Shown one piece after another: positions 44,248 through 53,411 of a DNA stretch of 64,000 bases (positions within the stretch are counted from its first letter, which is position 1; every line of letters begins with the position of its first letter). A program made the position numbers and the translations under genes. The DNA comes from Candidatus Zixiibacteriota bacterium (GTDB lineage Bacteria > RBG-13-66-14 > B26-G2 > WVWN01): positions 41,387 through 105,386 of the forward strand of contig JAUWLW010000003.1 of NCBI GenBank assembly GCA_030613505.1, given 5' to 3'. The notes under the pieces were generated by a model that worked only from the letters and a program-made list of their open reading frames with translations, was not told the origin of the DNA and did not search any database.

Positions 44248-44350
44248 CGAAAAAGTAAAGAAGTACCTTTTAAACTTAGGCCAGACCATCTTTTATATAT
44301 AAACCCACGCGCCGGCGCCGCGCTAGGTTGTCGTACGCGAGGTGAGGTTG

Positions 44351-44851
44351 ATGCCTGGGATGGAACTCGTCCTTTTTGAAGAAGACTATACCAACATCAA
44401 CGAAATATTGGCGACGCTCGTCCGCGAAACCAATTCCAAGTTCGCGTTACTAGTGGACCGCTCGGGGCAGCTCATCTCGAGCCAAGGGGATACCGAGAAT
44501 ATGGACTCGTTATCCTTCGCTTCGCTCTCGGCAGGCAACTACGCCGCGACCAGCGAACTCGCGAAAATCCTCGGCCAAGAGGAGTTCTCGGTACTCTTTC
44601 ACCAAGGCATCAGCGAATCGATACATCTTTCCATAGTCGCCAAACGCGTTATTCTGGTCGTAGTCTTCGACAACAAGACTACGTTGGGTTTAGTTCGGCT
44701 CAGAGTTAAAAAAGCGGTAGAAGAACTCTCGGGTATATTTAACCGCATCTTCCAAAAGGTCGCAGAGCGCGGCGCCGAAGCGTTTTCGCCGCTGGGTGAT
44801 ACCTTCACGAGCGTCGCCGAAAGCGAAATAGACAACCTTTTCAAAGATTAA
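44351..44851 (+). CDS. mglB: Roadblock/LC7-domain protein, MglB-like GTPase-activating protein
   Basis: ILATLVRETNSKFALLVDRSGQLISSQGD... is a Roadblock/LC7 pattern, and the gene lies directly upstream of mglA. Alternative starts at 44342 and 44360. Confidence 0.75.
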   Translation: MPGMELVLFEEDYTNINEILATLVRETNSKFALLVDRSGQLISSQGDTENMDSLSFASLSAGNYAATSELAKILGQEEFSVLFHQGISESIHLSIVAKRVILVVVFDNKTTLGLVRLRVKKAVEELSGIFNRIFQKVAERGAEAFSPLGDTFTSVAESEIDNLFKD

Positions 44852-44883
44852 AAAAGCCCTTGCCCTCGGCCGGGGGTTCGGTT

Positions 44884-45477
44884 ATGTCGCTAATTAACTA
44901 TTCATCCCGCGAAATTAACTGCAAGATCGTTTATTACGGTTGCGGTCTTTGCGGTAAGACTACTAACCTCCTGTACATCCACGAGAAGCTTCCCCACGAC
45001 ATCAAGGGGAAAATGGTCTCGCTGGCCACCGATACTGACCGGACCCTCTTCTTCGATTTCCTACCGCTCGAGCTGGGAACGGTGAACGGCTTCAAAACAC
45101 GCTTCCACCTCTATACCGTACCCGGCCAGGTCCACTACGACGCCTCGCGGAAGCTAATCCTGAAGGGCGTAGACGGCATCGTCTTCGTCGTGGACTCCCA
45201 GCGCAACCGCTTCGACGAAAACATAGAATCCTTCGAAAATATGATAAAGAACCTCCAGCTCCAGGGATACCGGCTCGAAAACATCTCGTATATATTCCAA
45301 TACAACAAGCGCGATTTACCTAACTGTTCGCCGGTGGAACAACTCGAAGCCGCGCTCAACAAGGAACAGGTACCGTGCTTCGAATCGATCGCGACTACCG
45401 GTATCGGCGTATTCGACTCCTTGCGTGCGATCTCGAAGCTCGTTATTGCGCATCTTTCCCGCCAAACGGCCCGTTAA
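44884..45477 (+). CDS. mglA: MglA-family Ras-like small GTPase
   Basis: MSLINYSSREINCKIVYYGCGLCGKTTN (P loop), DRTLFFDFLP, MglA-specific YTVPGQVHY (Thr in place of the DxxG Asp), NKRDL. Confidence 0.88.
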   Translation: MSLINYSSREINCKIVYYGCGLCGKTTNLLYIHEKLPHDIKGKMVSLATDTDRTLFFDFLPLELGTVNGFKTRFHLYTVPGQVHYDASRKLILKGVDGIVFVVDSQRNRFDENIESFENMIKNLQLQGYRLENISYIFQYNKRDLPNCSPVEQLEAALNKEQVPCFESIATTGIGVFDSLRAISKLVIAHLSRQTAR

Positions 45478-45556
45478 TCAGAAACTCGCTCTAGTCCCGG
45501 CGGCGGGCGGCGGTGCCCGGGTACTGTCGCGAGCCGCCGTTTTTCAAGTCCAAACC

Positions 45557-46603
45557 ATGGGCTTAGACGGCAACTTAGAGGACTTCCCCCTCCCCGACGT
45601 TCTGCAGCTCATAAACATGGGCTCGCGGACCGGCCTCCTCATCATTACCAAAAACGATTCCCCCGCGCGCATATGGTTCGAACGGGGGCAGGCCGTACAC
45701 GCCGAAGTCGGCGATTTGGACGGCGAAAAGGCCGTCTACGAAACCTTCAATTGGCGGGAGGGGCGTTTTACCTTTGAAACCGACGCGAAGACGGACCTGA
45801 GGACTATCGATCTCGACTGCCAGAACCTTATTATGGAGGCCGTCCGCCGGCTCGACGAATGGACCAAACTACGAAAGGTAATCCCCACCTCGGCCTACGT
45901 CGTCGCTTTCGCCGCCGGGCCCGGCGACAAAGCCGGCAATATTACGCTCCAAGCCCACGAGTGGAAAGTATTATCCTTGGTCGACGGCGAACTCACCGTT
46001 TCTATGCTTGCCGAGAAGACGGGATTCTCGGAACTTAAGACGACGCAAATTATCCACTCTCTCATAGACTCCGGCCTGCTCGAAGTAAACGCTCCAGACA
46101 GCAAACCCGCTCCCCCCTCCGAAGCAAGAGAGCGCGTCACAAGCCTGCGCGAATTCCTCAAAGGCGTCGAACAACCCGACGTCAGAAGCCCCGCCGCCAA
46201 AACCAACGTCGGCGTATTAGCATTATTCATAAACTCGTTGCTAGATAACTTCGATAAGCCCAACGGCCTTTACAACGCCGTAAAACAAGACAAACCGTTA
46301 CCCGAGCGAATAACCGAGCAAGCCGAGCGTTACCCCCAAGTTGAAATCATCGAATTCACCAACGACCGCGTCGACGTCAAACGGCTGGACGACGACATCG
46401 AATCCCTCGACGATCTGGGCAAGAAAAACCTCATCGTTGCGCTCGCCGACGTCAAAGAACAGATATTGACGACCGCCGAGAAACAAACCAACAAGATAGC
46501 CGCGGCGCGGCGCCACAACAAAGTATTGGAGCAGGTCTTCGGCCCCGACGGTACGCCCCAAAACATCGGCCTGGGTAGCATCCTCGAAAAGAAAACGCCT
46601 TAG
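45557..46603 (+). CDS. DUF4388 (PATAN-like) domain protein
   Basis: MGLDGNLEDFPLPDVLQLINMGSRTGLLII...WFERGQAVHA is the DUF4388 signature as I recall it. It is followed by a wHTH-like segment WKVLSLVDGELTVSMLAEKTGFS. Confidence 0.7.
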   Translation: MGLDGNLEDFPLPDVLQLINMGSRTGLLIITKNDSPARIWFERGQAVHAEVGDLDGEKAVYETFNWREGRFTFETDAKTDLRTIDLDCQNLIMEAVRRLDEWTKLRKVIPTSAYVVAFAAGPGDKAGNITLQAHEWKVLSLVDGELTVSMLAEKTGFSELKTTQIIHSLIDSGLLEVNAPDSKPAPPSEARERVTSLREFLKGVEQPDVRSPAAKTNVGVLALFINSLLDNFDKPNGLYNAVKQDKPLPERITEQAERYPQVEIIEFTNDRVDVKRLDDDIESLDDLGKKNLIVALADVKEQILTTAEKQTNKIAAARRHNKVLEQVFGPDGTPQNIGLGSILEKKTP

Positions 46604-46673
46604 CCGAACGAGCGCTGTTGCACCCCGACGCGCAGCGCCCGCTAGGGCGATTTTTAATGCCGGAAGAACGACC

Positions 46674-48647
46674 TTGGCCAAAACCGACTTAAACCCTTCC
46701 CAAGAACGCGTCGTCACCGCGGCCCCCGGGCCTATGGTCGTCGTCGCCGGCGCCGGTTCCGGCAAAACCCGCGTCATAACGGAACGCATTATACACCTCA
46801 TCTCGGAGCGTGCCGCGCCGCCGGCCAACACCCTGGCCGTCACGTTCACCAATAAAGCCGCCCAGGAAATGCGGCGGCGCGTCGAAGCCGTCTTGGGATA
46901 CCGGCCCGCCGTAACGGTCGGTACTTTCCACGCTACCGGGGCACGCATACTCCGCGCCGAAGCCCGCTACACCGCCGGCCGCGCCGACCGGAATTTCGTC
47001 ATCTTCGACAATGCGGACACCGAGGCCGCGATAAAGAAAATCGCCGACAAGTGGGCGCTGCCCGCCGAGCAATTCCACTACAAACGCCTCGCCGCAGCGG
47101 TCGAAACCGCCAAACGCGAACTAACACCGGCCGAGGACTACCCTCGCCACGACGGCTACCGCGAGACCGTGGCCGACGTCTACGCCGCCTATCAGAATAT
47201 CCTCCGCGAGAACAACGCCTACGACTTCGGCGACCTCTTGATGGAGCTGGTGTTTCTCTTCCGCCGCGAACGCGACGTCCTGACCCGGTGGCGAGAGCGT
47301 TTCCAACACATCCTCGTCGACGAGTATCAGGACACGAACTACGCCCAATACGAACTGCTTCGGCTCCTGGGCGAGAAATACCGCCAGATCTGCGTCGTCG
47401 GCGACCCGGACCAGTCGATATACCGATGGCGTGGCGCCGACATAACCAACTTCCAACGGTTCGCCCGCGACTTCCCCGACGCGCGCTTCTACACCCTCGA
47501 GCGGAACTACCGCTCCCACCAGGGCGTCCTCGACGCGGCCAACGCCCTCATAAAGTTCAACGCGCAAAGCCGTTACGCCAAAGAACTGTGGAGCGACCGA
47601 CCGGCGGAAGCGACGCCGGCCCTCATCCAATGCTACGACGAGCGACACGAGGCGCTCCGCGTCGCCCACGCCGTCGAAGAGGCGCGCGCCAACTACGGCC
47701 TGGACTACCGCGACTGCGCCGTGCTCTACCGCGTGAACGCCCAATCCCGTGTCTTCGAGGAAGTGTTGGCCAAAACCGGCGTACCCTTTCAAATCATAGG
47801 CGGCACCCGCTTTTACGAACGGCGCGAAGTTAAAAACGCGCTCGCTTACCTGCGATTGGTCCACAACGCCCGCGACGCCGTCGCCTTCGCTCGGGTCGCC
47901 AACTTGCCGCCGCGCGGCGTGGGCGCCGCGTCGTCCAAGATAATCGAGGAAAACCGACGCGGAAGGCCCCCGCTCGAGGCCGTCGCCGACGAGACGCTAT
48001 TGGCGCAACTCCCGGCCCGCGCCGCCTCCGGCTTACGCCGCTTCGGGGAACTAATACGCGAGCTGGCCGCCGCGGCCGACGCTAAATCTCCCAGCGAGAT
48101 CCTCTCGGCCGTCGTCGAAAGGAGCGGCTATTTAACCTGGCTCGCCGAGCAGGAAGACGTAAAGGGGGAAGCGCGCGCCGAGAACGTGAGGGAATTGATT
48201 AACGCCGCCGCCGAATTCGAAAGCGAGCACCCGGGGGCGACGTTGGCCGAGTTCCTGGAAGCCGCCGCCCTCGTAAGCGACATCGACAGCTACGACGCCG
48301 ACGCCGACCGCGTGTCGCTGATGACGCTGCATACCGCCAAGGGTTTGGAATTCGGCGCCGTCTTCGTCGTCGGCCTGGAAGAACGCCTCCTTCCTCACGC
48401 CAACTCGCTCGCCGACGCCGCGGAGCTCGAAGAAGAACGTCGCCTCTGCTACGTCGGCGTTACGCGCGCCAAGGACCTCTTGTACTTGTCGTTCGCCGGG
48501 ACGCGGAACGTAGCGGGCGTACCGGAACCGCGCGAGCGGTCGCGCTTTCTCCGCGAAATCGGCGACGGCCGCTTAGCCGAGCTGGACCCGCTGGACGTCG
48601 ACGACGTCATCCAATACGAGCCGTGGGGCCGCCGCGGCCGCCCCTAA
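46674..48647 (+). CDS. UvrD/PcrA-type ATP-dependent DNA helicase
   Basis: LNPSQERVV, AGAGSGKTRV (motif I), ILVDEYQDTN (motif II), VGDPDQSIYRWRGA, TLHTAKGLEF, YVGVTRA. Confidence 0.9.
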   Translation: MAKTDLNPSQERVVTAAPGPMVVVAGAGSGKTRVITERIIHLISERAAPPANTLAVTFTNKAAQEMRRRVEAVLGYRPAVTVGTFHATGARILRAEARYTAGRADRNFVIFDNADTEAAIKKIADKWALPAEQFHYKRLAAAVETAKRELTPAEDYPRHDGYRETVADVYAAYQNILRENNAYDFGDLLMELVFLFRRERDVLTRWRERFQHILVDEYQDTNYAQYELLRLLGEKYRQICVVGDPDQSIYRWRGADITNFQRFARDFPDARFYTLERNYRSHQGVLDAANALIKFNAQSRYAKELWSDRPAEATPALIQCYDERHEALRVAHAVEEARANYGLDYRDCAVLYRVNAQSRVFEEVLAKTGVPFQIIGGTRFYERREVKNALAYLRLVHNARDAVAFARVANLPPRGVGAASSKIIEENRRGRPPLEAVADETLLAQLPARAASGLRRFGELIRELAAAADAKSPSEILSAVVERSGYLTWLAEQEDVKGEARAENVRELINAAAEFESEHPGATLAEFLEAAALVSDIDSYDADADRVSLMTLHTAKGLEFGAVFVVGLEERLLPHANSLADAAELEEERRLCYVGVTRAKDLLYLSFAGTRNVAGVPEPRERSRFLREIGDGRLAELDPLDVDDVIQYEPWGRRGRP

Positions 48648-48665
48648 AACGTCGGAGTAAGCTAT

Positions 48666-48980
48666 ATGGACGCGGAAGAAGAGAGAATCAAAACCATCCG
48701 GCGTATGATCCGGGAAGCGTACCTGGCACTCCCGGGCGAAGAAGAGGAACAATTGGCCCGCGAGGTCACCGGCCTGCTGGAAAATGTGGAGATATTGGCC
48801 GCGTTGGACGTCGAGGAAGGGCCGCCGCCCCCGGCCTTAGAGCCGTCGGAATTGCGGGCCGACGAGGTGCAACCGTCGCTCCCCGTCGACGACGCGCTGG
48901 CGAACGCGCCCGAGAGCCACGACGACTTCGTAGCGGTACCCAAAGTGCTGGCGCCGGAAGAAAAAGGTGACTCAGAATGA
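48666..48980 (+). CDS. gatC: Asp/Glu-tRNA amidotransferase subunit C
   Basis: 104 aa. The C-terminal LRADEVQPSLPVDDALANAPESHDDFVAVPKVL fits the GatC consensus. Confidence 0.8.
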   Translation: MDAEEERIKTIRRMIREAYLALPGEEEEQLAREVTGLLENVEILAALDVEEGPPPPALEPSELRADEVQPSLPVDDALANAPESHDDFVAVPKVLAPEEKGDSE

Positions 48981-50098
48981 AAACTCGGCGCATCGTCGCG
49001 GTATCGTTACTCGCCACCGTGTCCGCTTGCACCGCACCCGAGAAAGGCGAGCCGACGGCGGAGACGGCGGCCGAACCGGAAAAGGCTCCCGTCATTGAGA
49101 CGCTTAAAGCCCCGACCGCCGCCGCCGACATAAAATGGGAGGAGTGGGCGACCGTAGGAGCCGCCGACGCCGAACTGGATTGGCCGGCGGGGGTCGCCAA
49201 AACGCGGGGCGCGCTGTTTCTGGTCGGAACTCGCGCGTTGAAAAGAACCGCCGGCCCGGGGCCACGAGCCGAAATCGTTTTCATTAAAGTAAAACCCGCC
49301 GGCCTCGAGGAAGTCGCGGCTTACCCGAGTCATTTCGGCGAACGCGCCGGCGCAGCCGTAGCCGCGGGCCCCGGCGGCCGATTATGGTTCGTCGGCGGCA
49401 TGTACACGCCGCCGCCCATAAAGCTGGCTCCTGGAGGGCGGTTGGATTTCGCCGAATTGAGTACGCCCGTCGGCGAGGTGTACACCTGGAACCCGGTAAC
49501 GAAAGAATTCAGGCTGGAGACGTTTTTACCCGTACCGCGCGGCGACGCCGCGGCTTTCTTCGCCGACGGCGAGTTATACGTCGTGGGCGGCAGATACAAC
49601 CCGGCGGAACCGGCCGACGTTAACAACCGCCAAGTGCATCGCTATAACCCGCGCGACGGCCTATGGACGAAACAACACGACCTCCGGGCGCCGCTCGCTC
49701 GAGCCGCGGCGGCCGTGGCCCGGCGAGGTCTGTACGTGATCGGCGGCATGCAACTCAAACCGGCGCACGTTACCAACGCCGTACGTCGATACGACCTCGT
49801 CGTGTACAAATGGCAAACGTTGCCGCAACTCCCGCGCCCGCGCGCCGGCGCCGCCGCGTTCGTCGTAGGCGATTATATATACGTCGTCGGCGGCTTTGAA
49901 GCCGAAGCTCTCGGCTCACCCCCGCGGATGGCTCTAAAAACGTTCCGCTACGATTTGAACGAAAAGGGGTGGGAGGAACTCCCCTCCCCCCTCCCCGAAG
50001 GGTGTTCGTTGGTGGCTTTCGACGGCTCGCACTTCTACCTGGTGGCGGCTCATAAGACTTACCGCGGCCGCATCGTACGCGCTAAAGCCCAGAGTTAA
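48977..50098 (+). CDS. Kelch-repeat lipoprotein
   Basis: Signal with lipobox LLATVSAC. Repeated GGxY blades: RLWFVGGMY, ELYVVGGRY, GLYVIGGMQ, YIYVVGGFE. 4-nt overlap with gatC. Confidence 0.7.
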   Translation: MKTRRIVAVSLLATVSACTAPEKGEPTAETAAEPEKAPVIETLKAPTAAADIKWEEWATVGAADAELDWPAGVAKTRGALFLVGTRALKRTAGPGPRAEIVFIKVKPAGLEEVAAYPSHFGERAGAAVAAGPGGRLWFVGGMYTPPPIKLAPGGRLDFAELSTPVGEVYTWNPVTKEFRLETFLPVPRGDAAAFFADGELYVVGGRYNPAEPADVNNRQVHRYNPRDGLWTKQHDLRAPLARAAAAVARRGLYVIGGMQLKPAHVTNAVRRYDLVVYKWQTLPQLPRPRAGAAAFVVGDYIYVVGGFEAEALGSPPRMALKTFRYDLNEKGWEELPSPLPEGCSLVAFDGSHFYLVAAHKTYRGRIVRAKAQS

Positions 50099-50105
50099 AT
50101 TATTT

Positions 50106-51536
50106 ATGGACCTGATAAACCTTACGGCGGCCGAAATCGCGGCCAAGGTGCGCGCGGGCGAACTCGCCCCGGGCGAAGCGGCCGACGCTTTCCGCCGTCG
50201 CGTCGACGCGCACGACGCCGCCGTCGGCGCGTTCCTTTGCTTGAACGACCGCGACGCCCCCGCAACCCCGGACGGCCCTCTGGCAGGAGTCCCCGTCGCC
50301 GTCAAAGACAACATATGTACGGACTGGATGACCACCACCGCGGCTTCTCGCATCATAGAAAACTACCGACCTCCGTACAACGCCACCGTCGTCGATAGAT
50401 TATTAAAGGCCGGCGCCCACGTCATTGGCAAAACGAACCTCGACGAATTCGGGATGGGGTCCTCCACCGAATACTCCGCGTTCTTCCCCACTAAAAACCC
50501 CCGCGACCTAACCCGCGCTCCGGGGGGTTCGAGCGGCGGCTCCGCGGCAGCGGTCTGCGCCGGCTTCGCGCCCCTCGCCCTGGGGTCGGATACCGGCGGT
50601 TCCATCCGCCAACCGGCGGCGATGTGCGGCGTCGTCGGCCTTAAACCTACCTACGGCCGCGTACCGCGCTACGGCCTCATAGCTTTCGCGCCGTCCTTCG
50701 ACCAAATAGGCCCGCTGACCCGCAACGCTAAGGATGCCGCGCTGTTATTGCAAGTCATCGCCGGCTTCGACCCTCGCGAGGCGACGTCCAGCCGCCGCGA
50801 CGTACCCGACTACGTCGCCGCCCTCGAGCGCGACTACGGTACTTTTAAGGTGGGCCTGATACGGGAATTCTTCGGCGACGACGTTGCCCCGGGCGTAAAG
50901 GCGGGGATAGAGAACGCCCTCCGCAAACTGGAATCAATAGGGCACGCGGTGGAACGGGCCGCGATTCCGAGCGCCTCCTGGGCGCTCCCCACTTACTACG
51001 TAACCGCCTGCGCGGAAACCTACTCCAACCTCGCTCGCTACCAGGGTGTGTTATTCGGGCCGCGGGCCGACGGTTACGACGGCCCGGCCGATATGGTGGC
51101 TAAGTCCCGCGCCCGCGGCTTCGGCGGGGAGGTGCGGCGACGGCTGGCTGCCGGCGCGTACGCGTTGTCCATCGGTTACCGCGACCGCTATTACGCCAAG
51201 GCGCAGACGATCCGCCAACACATGCGGGTTCAGTTCGCCGCGGCGTTCGAACAATTCGACTTCCTCGTGTACCCGGTGTCGCCGTTTACGGCTTTCAAGC
51301 TGAATACGCGCAACCTCGACCCCCAGCTAATGTACCTGGCCGATATCTTCACGGGCCTGGCGAACCTGGTCGGCCTCCCCGCCCTCTCTTTGCCCTGCGG
51401 CTTCGACGAGGAAGGGCTGCCGGTAGCGATACACGTCATGTCGCGGCCTTGGGACGAGGAGAGGCTACTGGCGCTGGGCCACCGCCTGGAGCTCGAGCTG
51501 GCGCTGCCCCGAGACGCCGTAACGCCCCAGGTATAA
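50106..51536 (+). CDS. gatA: Glutamyl-tRNA(Gln) amidotransferase subunit A
   Basis: Amidase signature GGSSGGSAAAVCAG, with KDN and GSDTGGSIRQPA motifs. Confidence 0.93.
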   Translation: MDLINLTAAEIAAKVRAGELAPGEAADAFRRRVDAHDAAVGAFLCLNDRDAPATPDGPLAGVPVAVKDNICTDWMTTTAASRIIENYRPPYNATVVDRLLKAGAHVIGKTNLDEFGMGSSTEYSAFFPTKNPRDLTRAPGGSSGGSAAAVCAGFAPLALGSDTGGSIRQPAAMCGVVGLKPTYGRVPRYGLIAFAPSFDQIGPLTRNAKDAALLLQVIAGFDPREATSSRRDVPDYVAALERDYGTFKVGLIREFFGDDVAPGVKAGIENALRKLESIGHAVERAAIPSASWALPTYYVTACAETYSNLARYQGVLFGPRADGYDGPADMVAKSRARGFGGEVRRRLAAGAYALSIGYRDRYYAKAQTIRQHMRVQFAAAFEQFDFLVYPVSPFTAFKLNTRNLDPQLMYLADIFTGLANLVGLPALSLPCGFDEEGLPVAIHVMSRPWDEERLLALGHRLELELALPRDAVTPQV

Positions 51537-51603
51537 TTAAACACGGCCCAGAAATCCGTAACGGGACCGGCAGCGGCGTCACTAATACGGCGGTGATAGA
51601 ATA

Positions 51604-52209
51604 ATGAAAACGAAAAAGGAGTTATTAGCGCGCGTTCTCCTACCGACGCTCTTTTTGGGGGTTTTAGGTGCGGCCGGTTGCGGCGACGAGGAATTAACGC
51701 CGACCGAACGCGGGCCGTACGACGCGACCGAGCCCAAGTACGTCCTCGCCAACGTCGAGCTCGCCTTCAACCGCGGCGACGTTAATTTTTTAACCAACTG
51801 CCTCGCCGGCGACTTCGCGTTCTACTTCGACGTCAACGACATAGGCAAAAAAGTCGACGGCTACACTATCCCGACGTCGTGGACGCGGGATGAATTCCTA
51901 ACGGCGGCCGGCAACTTGTTTGCCGAAACTCACGACATCTCGTTAACCAACCACTGGCGCGGGATAAGAACGCCGGGGCGGGGCGAAACCTCGCATTTCG
52001 CCGGCAACGTCGCCTTGGAGATCGTAGTCATGCTTGACGCGATCAACGGATACACGCTGGAAAACGGCATGTGCGACTACGAGTCTACCAGGACGCCGGC
52101 GCAGAAGTGGTATCTCTACAAGTGGCGGGACCGCACCCTCGAATGCAGTGGCGGCGGTTGTATCGCCGGCATGACTCTCGGACAAATCCTTGCCCGCTAT
52201 CATCCGTGA
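51604..52209 (+). CDS. Hypothetical lipoprotein
   Basis: Signal LFLGVLGAAGC. No family recognised. C-terminus MTLGQILARYHP loosely resembles the SLGRVKALF tag. Confidence 0.5.
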   Translation: MKTKKELLARVLLPTLFLGVLGAAGCGDEELTPTERGPYDATEPKYVLANVELAFNRGDVNFLTNCLAGDFAFYFDVNDIGKKVDGYTIPTSWTRDEFLTAAGNLFAETHDISLTNHWRGIRTPGRGETSHFAGNVALEIVVMLDAINGYTLENGMCDYESTRTPAQKWYLYKWRDRTLECSGGGCIAGMTLGQILARYHP

Positions 52210-52237
52210 CCCCGCAGCGCCCCCAAGGACAATATAC

Positions 52238-52267
52238 TTGACATCACTCTCCGCGTAAGTCTATAAT
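52238..52267 (+). promoter_or_regulatory. Consensus sigma70-type promoter
   Basis: Perfect TTGACA (52238-52243), 18-nt spacer, perfect TATAAT (52262-52267). Confidence 0.55.
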
Positions 52268-52314
52268 CCCACCGTACATATTTCCAACGCCGACGGCGAG
52301 CAATTCCATTACTA

Positions 52315-52599
52315 ATGAAGCGGCCAAAGTTCTATACCCGCGCTGCGCGGGGTACGGCCCCCGTAGACGACGGTACGGGCGCGCTATCGGTCCCCATCTA
52401 TCAAACGGCGTCATTCGCCGTCAGCTTCGGCGACGCGCTCACGTTGGTACAGCATCCTCCGGGCGTAACCCACGGCGCCTTCGAAGCGGAGCGAGCCGCC
52501 GGCGCCGGCATGACACCCGGCTTTTTAAGGATATCGGCGGGATTGGAAGACACGGAAGACATTACCGCCGATTTGGCCCAAGCCTTGGGGAAAGCGTAA
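52315..52599 (+). pseudogene. Internally deleted remnant of a Cys/Met-metabolism PLP enzyme (cystathionine gamma-synthase/beta-lyase family)
   Basis: This 94-aa ORF joins the family's N-terminal start (DDGTGALSVPIYQTASFA) directly to its C-terminal end (SFGDALTLVQHPPGVTHG...GFLRISAGLEDTEDITADLAQAL). The ~290-aa PLP-binding core is absent. Confidence 0.7.
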
Positions 52600-52619
52600 T
52601 TCTGAGAAGCGAGGTTATC

Positions 52620-53258
52620 ATGCGTCGTCTCATAACGGCCGCAACGCTATGCGGCGTACTAATCTTCGTCACAGGGTGCATATCGTACAAGCAGCACACC
52701 GCCTTCGAAAGCGACGGCTCCGGCCGCATAGTGGTAGACACGTGGGTCGACTACTTCAACGGCGACGAAGAAGGGGGCCAGGACGCGGAGGAAAACGCTC
52801 AACCCGAGATCAGCGAAGAATTGGGGCCGGCTTTCGCCGACTTGGAGGGCGTTACGGTCGAGGAAAACTGGACCGAGCTCGAGGGTGAGGGAGAAGAACG
52901 CCGCGAACACACCCACCTCGTCCTCTCGTTCGACAAGGTCGAAAGGCTCAACGGTCACGGCGTCTTCAAGAATCAGGAATTGACGTTCCAAAAGAAAGGC
53001 GACGAGTTCTCATTCACGCAGGTTATCCACAACGAAAGCAAGGAAGAACAAGAGGAATCTCCGGAGGAAAGCGAGGAGCTCGCGCGCACCCTTTTCGAGG
53101 GTTACACGTTCACGTACGCGGTGGTCATGCCGGGCCGGGTCGTCGACACCAGTGGGACCGTAGGCGACGACGGACGGACGGTAACGTGGGAATGGCCGCT
53201 CTTCGACTTAGCTAACGAAGAGGAAATAATAATGACGGCCACGTCGAAAAAGGAGTGA
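52620..53258 (+). CDS. Hypothetical acidic lipoprotein, paralog A
   Basis: Lipobox FVTGC, then ISYKQHTAFESDGSGRIVVD, a Glu-rich insert, and the end WEWPLFDL...IIMTATSKKE. Confidence 0.55.
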   Translation: MRRLITAATLCGVLIFVTGCISYKQHTAFESDGSGRIVVDTWVDYFNGDEEGGQDAEENAQPEISEELGPAFADLEGVTVEENWTELEGEGEERREHTHLVLSFDKVERLNGHGVFKNQELTFQKKGDEFSFTQVIHNESKEEQEESPEESEELARTLFEGYTFTYAVVMPGRVVDTSGTVGDDGRTVTWEWPLFDLANEEEIIMTATSKKE

Positions 53259-53283
53259 TGCCCGGCACGGACGTAAATTGCGG

Positions 53284-53312
53284 TTGACAGGGGAGACGTC
53301 CGTTGTTAGAAT
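53284..53312 (+). promoter_or_regulatory. Candidate promoter (extended -10)
   Basis: TTGACA, 17-nt spacer, TGtTAGAAT. Confidence 0.5.
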
Positions 53313-53411
53313 GCCGGCAATCGGAAAGCGCCACGGCTAGATAGCGGGCCGAAGGCGTATTTGCGGTATACTACCGCCCCAACACGTTTTCATAATTAGG
53401 AGGAGAACTTT

